From: Desulfobacterales bacterium
Lineage (GTDB): Bacteria; Desulfobacterota; Desulfobacteria; Desulfobacterales; UBA5852
Direction: 5' to 3'
Assembly (NCBI GenBank): GCA_963674755.2
Contig: CAXXVS010000003.1
Location: 2,624,001 to 2,688,000 of the forward strand
DNA: 64,000 bases
This document shows positions 38,051 to 47,966 of the stretch, in pieces. Every line of letters starts with the position of its first letter. The stretch's first letter is position 1. The notes under the pieces are model-generated. The model searched no databases, was not told the origin of the DNA, and worked only from the letters and a program-made list of their open reading frames with translations. A program made the translations under genes and the position numbers.

Positions 38051-39322
38051 TTACGCGGACAGCGATTCGACAACGGCTGCAATGCCGTGGCCGCCGCCGC
38101 CGCAAATGGTTTCAAGGCCGTATGTGCCACCGCGCCTTCGCAGCTCGTACAACAGGGTCACCAGCCGCATGGTGCCGGTGGCTGCAATTGGATGACCCAG
38201 GGATATGCCGGAGCCGTTGACGTTCACCTTGGCGTCGCAGTCAGCTGCCGAAAGGCCCATCAGTTTGGCATCGGCCAGCACCTGGGCGGCAAACGCTTCC
38301 TGAATTTCGATCAGGTCTATCCGGTCAATCCCCATGTCGATGCGTTCCAGCGCTTTGGTTACCGAAGCCGGAACGGCCGGATAGGTCAGGGTCGGATCCG
38401 AGGCGGCAACCGCAAAGGAGAGAAGCCTTGCCATGGGCTGAAGGCCGAGCTGACGGGCCTTCTCGGCGGACATCATCAGCACCGCGGCGGCCCCGTCGTT
38501 TTCCGTGGAGGAATTTCCCGCTGTGCAGATGCCGTCGGGATAAACGGTGCGAAGGCGCGCTAGCTTTTCGATGTTCGTGTCGGGCCGTGGCGGTTCATCC
38601 TGATCCACGATCAGGTCCGCTCCTTTTTTCTGGGGAAGGTTCAGCGGGACGATCTCGTCCTTGAATCGGCCCGCAGCGATCGCTGCACAGGCCTTCTGAT
38701 GGCTGCCAAGCGCCCATTGGTCGGCGTCTTGCCGCGAGATGCCCTCCTGGGCAGCGGCGGCTTCGGCCCAGCTCATCATGGAGTTGAGTTCGCCGAACCG
38801 TTCGACGGGCTGCGACATGACCCGGGCGCGCTGGATCCGGTCAAACATGGGGATTCCCCACATGGGAAGAGCTCCGTGGCCCTTGGGCATCAACCCCCAT
38901 TTGGGATCGACCTTTCCCCCCATGCCCCATTTGATCAGTTCTCCGGGAATATAAAATTCGGCGCGACTCATGCTTTCGATGCCGCCGGCCACGATGACGT
39001 CGGCATAGCCGCTCATGATTTTCATCGCGCCGAAGCAGATGGCATCCAGCCCGCTGCAGCATCGCCGGTCCAGCGTGATGCCCGGAATTTCCACGGGCCA
39101 GTCGGCCGTTAGCAGCGCCATGCGGGCCACGTTGACCGACTCGCCGTTCTGGTAGGATTGGCCCACGATGACGTCATCGACGTCGGTAGGGGAAACGCCG
39201 GCGCGGGTGACCACGGCATCGAGGACCCGGGCCCCCAGCTTATAGGCGGGGATATCTTTCAGGCCTCCCAGATAACTTCCGATGGGGGTTCGGGCGGCCG
39301 ATACGATAACGATCTCTTGCAT
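38051..39322 (-). CDS. Thiolase (acetyl-CoA C-acyltransferase)
   Basis: VSAARTPIG, RRCCSG, TAGNSS..NDGAAA, QEAFAAQ, SLGHPIAATG, ICGGGG. Confidence 0.93.
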   Translation of the reverse strand: MQEIVIVSAARTPIGSYLGGLKDIPAYKLGARVLDAVVTRAGVSPTDVDDVIVGQSYQNGESVNVARMALLTADWPVEIPGITLDRRCCSGLDAICFGAMKIMSGYADVIVAGGIESMSRAEFYIPGELIKWGMGGKVDPKWGLMPKGHGALPMWGIPMFDRIQRARVMSQPVERFGELNSMMSWAEAAAAQEGISRQDADQWALGSHQKACAAIAAGRFKDEIVPLNLPQKKGADLIVDQDEPPRPDTNIEKLARLRTVYPDGICTAGNSSTENDGAAAVLMMSAEKARQLGLQPMARLLSFAVAASDPTLTYPAVPASVTKALERIDMGIDRIDLIEIQEAFAAQVLADAKLMGLSAADCDAKVNVNGSGISLGHPIAATGTMRLVTLLYELRRRGGTYGLETICGGGGHGIAAVVESLSA

Positions 39323-39378
39323 GATGAAAACTCCCTGTAGTCGGCGTCCGCGAACCGCTGGCACCGGCGATAGCATAT

Positions 39379-40053
39379 TTATTGGAGGTACTCCGTCAGA
39401 TCCGCACTCACCTCGAAGTCGGCCTCGGTTTGCCGACGAAGGGTCTCCAGATCGACGCCCGGAAAGATTTCGACCAAGGTTAGCTTTTTGTCAATGAACC
39501 GGAATACGGCCAGTTCGGTGACGATCATGTCGGCCTCTCCGTAGCCGGTCACCGGCAAAGAGCATGAGCGGACGATTTTCGGCTTGCCCTTTCCGGTGCG
39601 GTGAATCATGGCGACAATCACCTGGCCGGCCCCACTGACAAGGTCCATAGCGCCGCCGACCCCGAGCTGCCGGCCGTTTGGAATCACCCAGTTGGCGATA
39701 TTGCCATCGGCGTCCACCTGGAAGGCTCCGATAACGGTGGCATTCACATGGCCGCCGCGGATCATGCCGAAGGATTCGGCACTGTCAAAGTAGCAGCAGC
39801 CTGGCGTTTGCGTTACCGGTTCGCGGCCGGCGTTGATGAGCAAAGGATCAATTTCAGTTTCCACGGCCTTGCGCCCCACACCCAGCATCCCGTTTTCCGC
39901 CTGGATGAAAACGAGTTCAGAGCGGATGTAGTTGGCCACCATCGTGGGAATGCCAACGCCGAGATTGATAATCATCCTTTGTTGCGAATGATTGAATTCG
40001 CGGGCGATGCGTTTGGCAATGCGCGTTCTCTCTTCAATCTCAGGCGTCGGCAT
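39379..40053 (-). CDS. 3-oxoacid CoA-transferase subunit B
   Basis: NLGVGIPTMVA, QAENG (catalytic Glu), SFGMIRGGH, GVGGAMDLV, IVTELAVF. Confidence 0.92.
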   Translation of the reverse strand: MPTPEIEERTRIAKRIAREFNHSQQRMIINLGVGIPTMVANYIRSELVFIQAENGMLGVGRKAVETEIDPLLINAGREPVTQTPGCCYFDSAESFGMIRGGHVNATVIGAFQVDADGNIANWVIPNGRQLGVGGAMDLVSGAGQVIVAMIHRTGKGKPKIVRSCSLPVTGYGEADMIVTELAVFRFIDKKLTLVEIFPGVDLETLRRQTEADFEVSADLTEYLQ

Positions 40054-40717
40054 GGGGAGGCTTCCTTTCGATGATGTAATCGACATACAGGTGCGGCGTT
40101 ACGATGCACTCCGGATCCAGCGCCCCGGCCGGGAGCACCTCTTCCACCTCGACGATGGTGACTTTGGCCGCCATGGCCATCAGCGGGTTGAAGTTGCGGG
40201 CGGTCTTGTAGTAGGTCAGATTTCCCAGCGCATCAGCCCGGTAAGCCCATATCAAGGCCACATCGGCATACAGCGCCTTTTCCAGCAGGCAGGTACGGCC
40301 GTTGAAAACCCGTGTCTCCTTGCCTTCGGCCAGGTCGGTGCCCACACCGGTGGGCGTAAAGAAGGCCGGAATGCCTACCCCGCCGGCGCGAATCGCCTCT
40401 GCAAAAGTTCCCTGGGGTAGAAGGGTCACGTCGATTTTCTTGCTGAAATAGGCCTCCGGGACCTCAGGGTTCCAGTTGTAGTAATTGCCCACAAGCGCTT
40501 TGATCTGCCCGTTTCTCAGCAGGCGCCCCAGGCCCTTGCCAGGGGTTCCCAGGTCGTTGGAGATGATGGTCAGATCCTTGGCGCCCGAATCGACCAGAGC
40601 CTGGATTAGCAGGGCCGGTAGCCCTGACATGCCGAAGTTGCCGATCATGATTCGATTGCCGGATTCTACGGCCCCTATGGCCTCCTGCAATCCCACGATT
40701 TTCGATGGATGTTTCAT
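40040..40717 (-). CDS. 3-oxoacid CoA-transferase subunit A
   Basis: DLTIISND, PQGTFAEAIRAGGVGIPAFFTPTGVGT, ARNFNPLMA, IVTPHLYVD. Confidence 0.92.
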   Translation of the reverse strand: MKHPSKIVGLQEAIGAVESGNRIMIGNFGMSGLPALLIQALVDSGAKDLTIISNDLGTPGKGLGRLLRNGQIKALVGNYYNWNPEVPEAYFSKKIDVTLLPQGTFAEAIRAGGVGIPAFFTPTGVGTDLAEGKETRVFNGRTCLLEKALYADVALIWAYRADALGNLTYYKTARNFNPLMAMAAKVTIVEVEEVLPAGALDPECIVTPHLYVDYIIERKPPHADA

Positions 40718-40747
40718 TGTTCTCCTCATTACGATTCAGCCAAGGAC

Positions 40748-41428
40748 TTACGCTTCAATGGCAATGGCCCGTATCGGCGAGCCGCTGGCGCCCTTGATTT
40801 TAAGGGGAAGTCCGATGAACTGAAACCGGCTCTCCCTAAGCTCGCCCAGGTGGGCGAGGTTTTCAATGATCGGTATTTCATTCTCGACCAGCAGGAACAT
40901 GTGCACGGGGCGCGCCATGTCGTCGGACCCGGTTTCCAGAATACCCATGTCGGTTCCGATGGCCTTGACACCGTTTTCGATCAAGAAATTGGCCCCGGAA
41001 AGGGAAAGGCCCCTAGCGTGGTGATAATCGCCCTCGCCCCATTCGCCTTTCCAGCAGCGCACGATGGCGATATCGCCGGTTTTTAAGGCCAGTCCCTTGC
41101 GGGCAAGATAGGCCTTGATCATCTCCGCATCGATCGGCTGGTCGAGGCCCTTGTCGCTGACATCGACTAGAATCCCATCCCCCATCATGTTATCGAGAGG
41201 GACAGCCTCCACGGTTTTACCCTCAGGATCGAAATGGAACGGTGCATCCACATGGGTCCCCATGTGATCGGAAGTGAGAATGAGCATTGATGCATAGCCG
41301 ACGCAGGGCGGGATATACCTCGGTGCCGAGAAACTGTGGGTAACCGCATCCATCATCGTCATTTTGGGATGGGTAGGAAACGAACGAAAACCGTCATACA
41401 ACTCAATGGTCAGATCGACGATCCGCAT
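40748..41428 (-). CDS. Cyclase/kynurenine formamidase-family metal-dependent hydrolase
   Basis: MRIVDLT, HMGTHVDAPFH (HxGTHxDxPxH), IIENL, PLKIKGASGSPIRAIA. Confidence 0.9.
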   Translation of the reverse strand: MRIVDLTIELYDGFRSFPTHPKMTMMDAVTHSFSAPRYIPPCVGYASMLILTSDHMGTHVDAPFHFDPEGKTVEAVPLDNMMGDGILVDVSDKGLDQPIDAEMIKAYLARKGLALKTGDIAIVRCWKGEWGEGDYHHARGLSLSGANFLIENGVKAIGTDMGILETGSDDMARPVHMFLLVENEIPIIENLAHLGELRESRFQFIGLPLKIKGASGSPIRAIAIEA

Positions 41429-41534
41429 TTTGAAACCCTCCGCCTGTTTGGCCGGTGGCAGCGCCACCGGCCAAATGGATTGTCTCCCTGAGGCTGCGCC
41501 TCCAGAGACGGTTTTTATTGGATTCCCGATTTTT

Positions 41535-43115
41535 CTAAGGGGCCACTTTCGAGCCGAACCACACGGCAAAGGCAAGCACCGCGACGCCCACCGCCGCCGT
41601 TGAGTAGGTAAAAGAGACCAGCGATTTTTTGGGGGTGCTCAGCTCGATTTCAGGGTTGATGGTATTGCACTGTTGGAACACCATAAGTTGGCTTTCCGAG
41701 GGACGGGTGGCGGCGCTGACCGCATACAGAACAATAAAGGCGCCGACCACGCTCCAGATGACGGGATGAATGCCGAAAGGCAGATACCCGCTCCAGGCCA
41801 GTTTCTGGCCCATAAAAACCGGGATGATGCTCAAGAGGGTATCCAGAATCAGCCCCGTCAGCATGGAGGCCACCGCTCCCTGTCGGGTGCAGCCGGACCA
41901 CCAGAGCCCCATGATCAGAACCGGAAAAAAGGCGGCAGCAAAAACAGAACTGCCGAAATTTCCTACCAGAAGAACGATCGTCGGTCGGCCCCAGGCGATC
42001 ACCACGGACAGCACAGCGATAAGCGCGATGGAGCCCCGGGCGACTTTCAGCAATTTCTTTTCGGCTTCGGCGCCAGCCTCTTTGAGAAAAAAGGTTTCAT
42101 AGATATCCCGGGAGATGCTGAAGCCCAGCGTTAATATTTGCGTGGAGGCAGTGGAAAGCACCGCGGCGAACAGACCGGCGATGGCCAGCGCGCCTACGAT
42201 CGGCGTTACGAGATCGGTGGCGGCCCACACCAGAACCGAAGAGGGGTTGGCTAGATCCGGATTGACCACATGAACCGCACCGGCGGCCAGGTGAGAAAGC
42301 CACACCACCGGGATCGTGATCATCAGTGCCAGCATGATCGCTTCGGTCCAGGTCCGGGCGTCCTTGGCAAGATAGGCCCGTGTTATGGCCGCCGGGTTGG
42401 CGGCGTTTCCCAGGCCCCAGAGAACCTGCCAGCCGATAATTGTCCCCCAGCCGACGACCCCGCCTGTGGCCGTGAAAAAAGTCGGGTTGGATTTGGCAAA
42501 GGCGCTGATGTTTTCCATTCCCACCTTAGCGAGGATCATGGGTGAAAAAAACATGCCGATGAATACGCATACCATGGCGAACATGATGGTGTCGGTTACG
42601 GTTACGCTTCTAGCGCCACCGGTGATGGCGATAATCGCAAAGACGATCACCATCAGCGGAAGCATGATGTTAAAGGGGATGCCAAGCACACCCTCGGTGA
42701 TGACGGCGCTTCCCACTAATTGGCTGATGAAATAGGCGCCGAGGCCGACCAACGTAACAACGGAGGAGAGAATCCGGATAAAGGGGCTGTCAAAGCGGGC
42801 CTGAAAGTAGTCACCCAGCGTCACCTGGCCGAAACGCCTCAGTTTGGGTCCGATAAAGAAGGCTGAAATAATAAATCCGGTGAACGCCCCCCAGATCAGG
42901 ATTGCCATGAGCGGCCCGCTTTTGTAAGCGGCACCGGTGATGCCGACCATCCCGACGGCACTAACCCATGTGGCCGTGTAAGTACCGGCAATCAGCCACG
43001 GCCCGGCCGTTCCTCCCATGACGTAAAAATCGTTCAGGCCCTTTGACTTTCGCCCCAAATAGACGGACACAAACAGGAAAATGAAGATGAAGCAAAAGAA
43101 GATGATTTTGAACAT
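41535..43115 (-). CDS. Sodium:solute symporter family transporter
   Basis: DFYVMG, TLGDYFQARFDS, GGARSVTVTD, AAVLSTAS, GLWW...GAVASM; about 13 TM segments. Confidence 0.9.
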   Translation of the reverse strand: MFKIIFFCFIFIFLFVSVYLGRKSKGLNDFYVMGGTAGPWLIAGTYTATWVSAVGMVGITGAAYKSGPLMAILIWGAFTGFIISAFFIGPKLRRFGQVTLGDYFQARFDSPFIRILSSVVTLVGLGAYFISQLVGSAVITEGVLGIPFNIMLPLMVIVFAIIAITGGARSVTVTDTIMFAMVCVFIGMFFSPMILAKVGMENISAFAKSNPTFFTATGGVVGWGTIIGWQVLWGLGNAANPAAITRAYLAKDARTWTEAIMLALMITIPVVWLSHLAAGAVHVVNPDLANPSSVLVWAATDLVTPIVGALAIAGLFAAVLSTASTQILTLGFSISRDIYETFFLKEAGAEAEKKLLKVARGSIALIAVLSVVIAWGRPTIVLLVGNFGSSVFAAAFFPVLIMGLWWSGCTRQGAVASMLTGLILDTLLSIIPVFMGQKLAWSGYLPFGIHPVIWSVVGAFIVLYAVSAATRPSESQLMVFQQCNTINPEIELSTPKKSLVSFTYSTAAVGVAVLAFAVWFGSKVAP

Positions 43116-43163
43116 TATACCTCCTCAGAGCTTTCGTATAAGGGATTCGCTAAACCGTCGGGC

Positions 43164-43262
43164 TTACAAACGCCCGGTTTTCATGAAATAAAAGGCCAGC
43201 CCTACACAGATCATGTACAATGAGAAGTGATACAGCCCCACGCCGAGAAAGCCCATGTTCAT
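43164..43262 (-). CDS. 32-aa hydrophobic small protein preceding the SSS gene (not in ORF track)
   Basis: RBS AAAGGAGA; MNMGFLGVGLYHFSLYMICVGLAFYFMKTGRL*. Confidence 0.6.
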   Translation of the reverse strand: MNMGFLGVGLYHFSLYMICVGLAFYFMKTGRL

Positions 43263-43345
43263 TGTCGTTCTCCTTTGGTTGATGCGCTTGAGATGAAAAG
43301 AGGTTTTACCCTCGTGCCGTTATTGAATCCCATGCTTGTGCCCGC

Positions 43346-44377
43346 TCATGCGACGGTCAAGACCGGTTTGGCCACCTTCTGCTGCAGCGCATCGCTAAAC
43401 GCTTGCAGCGCGTCATCCAGATCGTACATCTCAAGAAGCGGCGCGATCACCAGCTTCTTTTGTTCGATCAGGGCCAATGTGTCTTCATAGTTTTTCCATC
43501 CCGAGGTATAGCTGGTGGTCAGATTCCACTCGTTTCGGATGGCGTCCGAAAAGGGGAATCCCATCTTAGGCAAAAGCCCGAGGAAGAGCAGCTCGCCGCC
43601 TTTGCGCAAAAGCGGCAGCGCCGACAGGACCGCTCCGGGCGATCCGGAGCATTCGATGATGATGTCGGCCGGGTGATTTCCCGCAATATGCCGAAACGCT
43701 GTTTGCAGTTCGGTTTTATCCACGTTGATCGTTGCAAATCCGAGTTGCTCGGCCAGCTTCAGGCGCGAAAATGCGTCGCTGTCTTTGCCCACCACGATGA
43801 CGTTCCTCGCCCCTTTGAGCAAGGCCATCTGTGCGGCCGCTAGGCCAACAATGCCGGGTCCCATGACAACCGCGATATCGCAGGGGCGCATTACCGAACG
43901 GTCAAATAAGGCATGGGCGCTGACCGTGCATGCCTGGGCGGCCGCCGCCTCGGCCGAGGAGAGCGTCTCCGGTACGCGGTGAAGATATCGGTCGCCGATC
44001 CGAACGTATTCGGACATGACGCCGTCGATGCTCAGGCCCCGCATCCGATTGTTGAGGCAGATATGTGTTTTACCCTGGCGGCAGTTGGCGCAATGGCCGC
44101 AGGACAGATTGGATTCTCCCATCACCCGGTCTCCGACCCGGAACCGGGCCTCGGGACCTGCCTCGACAATCTTTCCGCAAAACTCATGCCCCAGAACTAC
44201 GGGGACGCTCATCCAGTGGTAATTAGGCGGGTATTCGTAGGCATGCAGATCGCTTCCGCAGACGGCTGCACACTCAACAGATACAATCAAATCATCGGGG
44301 GACTGGATAACCGGCTCAGGCCGAGTGACGATGCCGGCGCTGTTTTGCGTCCGTTCGGTTTTTGCGACAGCCCTCAT
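43346..44377 (-). CDS. Zn-dependent medium-chain dehydrogenase (threonine/polyol dehydrogenase-like)
   Basis: CGSDLH, LGHEFCG, CGHCANC...C, GPGIVG. Confidence 0.92.
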   Translation of the reverse strand: MRAVAKTERTQNSAGIVTRPEPVIQSPDDLIVSVECAAVCGSDLHAYEYPPNYHWMSVPVVLGHEFCGKIVEAGPEARFRVGDRVMGESNLSCGHCANCRQGKTHICLNNRMRGLSIDGVMSEYVRIGDRYLHRVPETLSSAEAAAAQACTVSAHALFDRSVMRPCDIAVVMGPGIVGLAAAQMALLKGARNVIVVGKDSDAFSRLKLAEQLGFATINVDKTELQTAFRHIAGNHPADIIIECSGSPGAVLSALPLLRKGGELLFLGLLPKMGFPFSDAIRNEWNLTTSYTSGWKNYEDTLALIEQKKLVIAPLLEMYDLDDALQAFSDALQQKVAKPVLTVA

Positions 44378-44441
44378 GTGTCAACTCCTCTATTTGTGGC
44401 AGCAGCTATTCGTTAAAAAATGGTCAATAATTTGAAAAAAG

Positions 44442-45215
44442 TTAGTCGACCAGTCTTCCGCCTTCGATGAAGATTGTCTGCCCGGTGATGTAGGCGGCGC
44501 CTTCTGATGCCAAAAAAAGAACGGTGGAAGCGATTTCTTCCGGTCGGCCGAACCGTTTCATGGGGATTCTTTCCAGCAGGGCCTTTTTGATCTCAGGCTG
44601 GTTTAGATACTGCGCGGTTTGCTGGGTCAGCACATAACCAGGACCCACGGCGTTGACCGTGATGTTGTAAGGGGCCCATTCATGGGCGAGCACCTTGGTG
44701 TATTGATGGATTCCCCCTTTGGTGGCCGCATAGATCGACAGATTCTTATGCCCCCTGACTGCCGATACGGAAGCGGTGTTGATGATGCGCCCGCCGCCGT
44801 TTGCGATCATGGTGCGACCGACTTTCTGGGCCGTGAAGTAGGAACCCCGTAAATTCAGGTCGACAATGGTTTCCCATTCGCTCGGCGTATAGTCCGCGGC
44901 AGGTTTGCGGATATTCAGACCGGCATGGTTGCAAAGGACGTCTACCTTGCCAAAGGTTGCAACGGTCTGCTGGACCATTGTTTCGATGCTGTCGATATCG
45001 CGTAAATCAACCTGGAGCGATTCGGCCCGACCAGCACACGATTGCCGGTGGCAGGCTTCGACGGTTTCCCTGGATGCTTCTGGGTTGATGTCAGCAACCA
45101 TGATATCGGCACCGCATCGGTAAAATGCCTTGGCAAATTCTCTCCCGAGGGTTCCTCCACCACCGGTAATTAAAACGGTGTGGCCGGTGAAGTTAAAAAG
45201 ATTTCTGTAGTCCAT
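44442..45215 (-). CDS. Short-chain dehydrogenase/reductase (gluconate 5-dehydrogenase/KduD-like)
   Basis: TGGGGTLG, NHAG, YAATKGG, LAHEWA..NITVNAVGPG, YITGQ. Confidence 0.92.
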   Translation of the reverse strand: MDYRNLFNFTGHTVLITGGGGTLGREFAKAFYRCGADIMVADINPEASRETVEACHRQSCAGRAESLQVDLRDIDSIETMVQQTVATFGKVDVLCNHAGLNIRKPAADYTPSEWETIVDLNLRGSYFTAQKVGRTMIANGGGRIINTASVSAVRGHKNLSIYAATKGGIHQYTKVLAHEWAPYNITVNAVGPGYVLTQQTAQYLNQPEIKKALLERIPMKRFGRPEEIASTVLFLASEGAAYITGQTIFIEGGRLVD

Positions 45216-45334
45216 CGATTTCCTCTTTTCTGTTCAGGCCGGCTATGTTGTAATTTTCGTTGGGAGAGACGGCCGGAATCGTTCCCCTTCAGGATGCGCC
45301 GGAAACCCCAAAAAAACAGACTGCCGGTATACAG

Positions 45335-45350
45335 AGCAAGATCAATACCA
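45335..45350 (-). promoter_or_regulatory. Sigma54 -24/-12 promoter for the leftward catabolic operon
   Basis: Minus strand TGGTAT-TGATC-TTGCT, ~120 nt upstream of the SDR start and divergent from a bEBP gene. Confidence 0.8.
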
Positions 45351-45580
45351 GATATAGGAAAATTGCTTCGTTGTGGTCATAAAGGGGGGCGGCGGCGTCC
45401 TCCAATTAAACCCCTATGAAATAACGCACTATAAATTCAGGGTATTGTGGTCATTAGAGAGGCCAGGTAGTCATGATTATAGAATCAGGCGCTGAATCGC
45501 TGCCTTGACTTTTTAGGTTTTTTGGGATTTTCTTTCTGGCCGTTTAGGTAGCCTAAAATTTTCCCAAATGAGGGAGGAAA

Positions 45581-47668
45581 GTGATGCCGGCGGGAAAGTG
45601 CCTTTTGATTTTGTCCCTTGATTCCAAGGTGCATGCCCATCTCAAGCGGATTGTAGGCGAGATCATCGGAGACCAGGTTCGTATTCACGATATGTCGATC
45701 AATGATCCGGATATCTTGCACGTTGCGCCAGATGTCATCCTGGTTTCCGGTCCGTTTCTGGCCCCTGAGGCTTCCCGGTTTTTTCCCAATACGCCTATTA
45801 TCGCCCCTGTCAGGACCATCACCGGCCACAATCTGGAAAAGGTCGTGCGCATTCCAAGCAGGAAGCGGGCGCTTGTGGTCACAAGCCACCAGGAGGCTGT
45901 CGAAGGCACCATCAACGGTCTTCTCCGGCTCGGCATCGATCACATCGACTATGTCCCATACTGGGGTGAGCAGGAGATTGATCCAACCACGATCGATGTC
46001 GCCATTACACCAGGGATGTCCTACCTGGTGCCTGACGGTATCAAGTGTGTCATCGACATCGGCCCACGGGAAATCAGCATTTACACGTTTCTTCGGCTTC
46101 TGAAGGCGCTTGATCTCGACACGGCCCTCATTGAGGATTTCGCCGACCAGTACCTCCGGCATTTGATGGAGTTCACCTGGAAGCTGGTCGAGGTCCTCGA
46201 CGGCTCCGAGCTGCAGCGAAAATTCAAAGAGGTCGTCATCAATGAATTTGAAGATGGGGTTCTTTCGGTGAACAATGCCGGTATCATCACCCTGGTCAAC
46301 AATGCGGCGTTGAAGATACTCGGCCGGGAGTCGGCCCAGCTGATACAATCACCTTATGCTGAGCTCAAGGTTAAATTCGAGAAACTTGCCGATATCCGGA
46401 TCGGACCCAATAGGCCGGATAAAATTTCAGGGATATTCGCATTTGAAGGGAAAAAGGTGGTGCTGTCCAAAATTCCCGTCGAAAGTGAAAACCAAAGATC
46501 CACCATCATCACCTTGAGGGAAATCGATACCCTCCAGCGAATTGAAGAAAAGGTACGGTTGGAGTTGTCGCGGAAAGGCTTTGTCGCCAAATATCGATTC
46601 ACGGATATTCATACGACCTCGCCGTCGGTCGAGCTGATTATCAAAAAGGCGAAAAAATTCGCCCGCACCGGGAAGAACATACTGATAACAGGAGAGAGCG
46701 GCACCGGAAAAGAACTATTCGCACATGCGATCCACCGCAATTCGCCTCAGAAAAGCGGCCCTTTTGTGGCGGTCAATTTCGCGGGGCTCCCCGAAAGCCT
46801 GATCGAAAGCGAGCTTTTTGGCTATGAGACGGGCGCTTTCACAGGGGCGCTCAAAGGTGGCAAGAAAGGTTATTTCGAGCAGGCTCACGGCGGCACCATT
46901 TTTTTGGATGAAGTCGGCGATGCGCCTTTGAGCCTTCAGAAACGGCTATTACGCGTTCTGCAGGAAAAAGAGGTAATGCGGTTGGGCAGCTCCAAAATTA
47001 TTCCCGTGAAGGTTCGCGTGATCGCGGCAACGAATACCAGGCTGCACGATGCGATTTGTGCGGGAAGATTTAGGCAAGATCTTTACTATCGGCTGAACAC
47101 ACTGCCGATTGAGATCCCCCCGCTGCGTCATCGACAGGAAGATATCATGCTGATACTGGCGCTTCATTTGCGCAAAAATTACGGCATAGTTAAACATTAC
47201 AGTCCCGCTGCGCAACAATGCCTTCAGGACTACCCATGGCCCGGCAACATCCGAGAATTGATCAACGCTGCAGAATATATCACCTTTTCATCGGATGACC
47301 GGGAGTTGATTCAGCAGGAAGATTTGCCGCCGTACATTTTCTCGCCCGAAAAAATGCCCATCCCGACAGACGCCCGTGCCCTGAAGTCGGTCCAGGAGCT
47401 TGCCGAAAGTATTGCGGAAACTGACCATCATAAAAAACTGGTTTACCACTGCTTGCATTCTTTATACCTTCGTCCCGGAGTCGGACGGAATCAGCTGGTC
47501 CTGGATTTGGCAAAATGCCGGGTCGAGGCAACTGAAGGCAGAATCCGGTCGCTTTTAATCTGGTTCAAAAGCCATGGGTTAATAAAGGTGGGTAAAACAA
47601 AGCAGGGCACAATGATCACCGAACGGGGAACGTCGATGTTACGATTGCTTTCGGAGCAGGTTACATAA
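45581..47668 (+). CDS. Sigma54-dependent activator with N-terminal sensory and PAS domains and a C-terminal winged helix
   Basis: [48 protein letters not shown]-terminus GLIKVGKTKQGTMITERG. Confidence 0.92.
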   Translation: MMPAGKCLLILSLDSKVHAHLKRIVGEIIGDQVRIHDMSINDPDILHVAPDVILVSGPFLAPEASRFFPNTPIIAPVRTITGHNLEKVVRIPSRKRALVVTSHQEAVEGTINGLLRLGIDHIDYVPYWGEQEIDPTTIDVAITPGMSYLVPDGIKCVIDIGPREISIYTFLRLLKALDLDTALIEDFADQYLRHLMEFTWKLVEVLDGSELQRKFKEVVINEFEDGVLSVNNAGIITLVNNAALKILGRESAQLIQSPYAELKVKFEKLADIRIGPNRPDKISGIFAFEGKKVVLSKIPVESENQRSTIITLREIDTLQRIEEKVRLELSRKGFVAKYRFTDIHTTSPSVELIIKKAKKFARTGKNILITGESGTGKELFAHAIHRNSPQKSGPFVAVNFAGLPESLIESELFGYETGAFTGALKGGKKGYFEQAHGGTIFLDEVGDAPLSLQKRLLRVLQEKEVMRLGSSKIIPVKVRVIAATNTRLHDAICAGRFRQDLYYRLNTLPIEIPPLRHRQEDIMLILALHLRKNYGIVKHYSPAAQQCLQDYPWPGNIRELINAAEYITFSSDDRELIQQEDLPPYIFSPEKMPIPTDARALKSVQELAESIAETDHHKKLVYHCLHSLYLRPGVGRNQLVLDLAKCRVEATEGRIRSLLIWFKSHGLIKVGKTKQGTMITERGTSMLRLLSEQVT

Positions 47669-47966
47669 ACCAGGCTTGCTATGCAAGGCGCCAGCAGAGG
47701 GGCCGATATTGTATCGAGCTGAGATTTTATCCCATACATCAACCGCGTTTTGACAGAAAATTACTGACGTTTTCCCCAAGTAACAAGGAAAGACTTGCTA
47801 TTTTTTTGCAGGATATGCCACTCATTGCCTGACAAAACCTTAGTCATTCCTGGGGAAATCTTGAGCAGCGCAAATCCGGCAGAGCGTCGCAGCGAAGTTG
47901 ATGAGGAAGGGGCGTCCATAGAATACGCCCTATAATGAGATCGGATTGGAAGGTGTTGCACGGACA

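Noticed and set aside
40748..41428. Cyclase-family hydrolase as the missing N-carbamoylputrescine amidase
   Set aside because: It lies in a different operon, strand and regulon, and AguB is a nitrilase-family enzyme; there is no supporting evidence.
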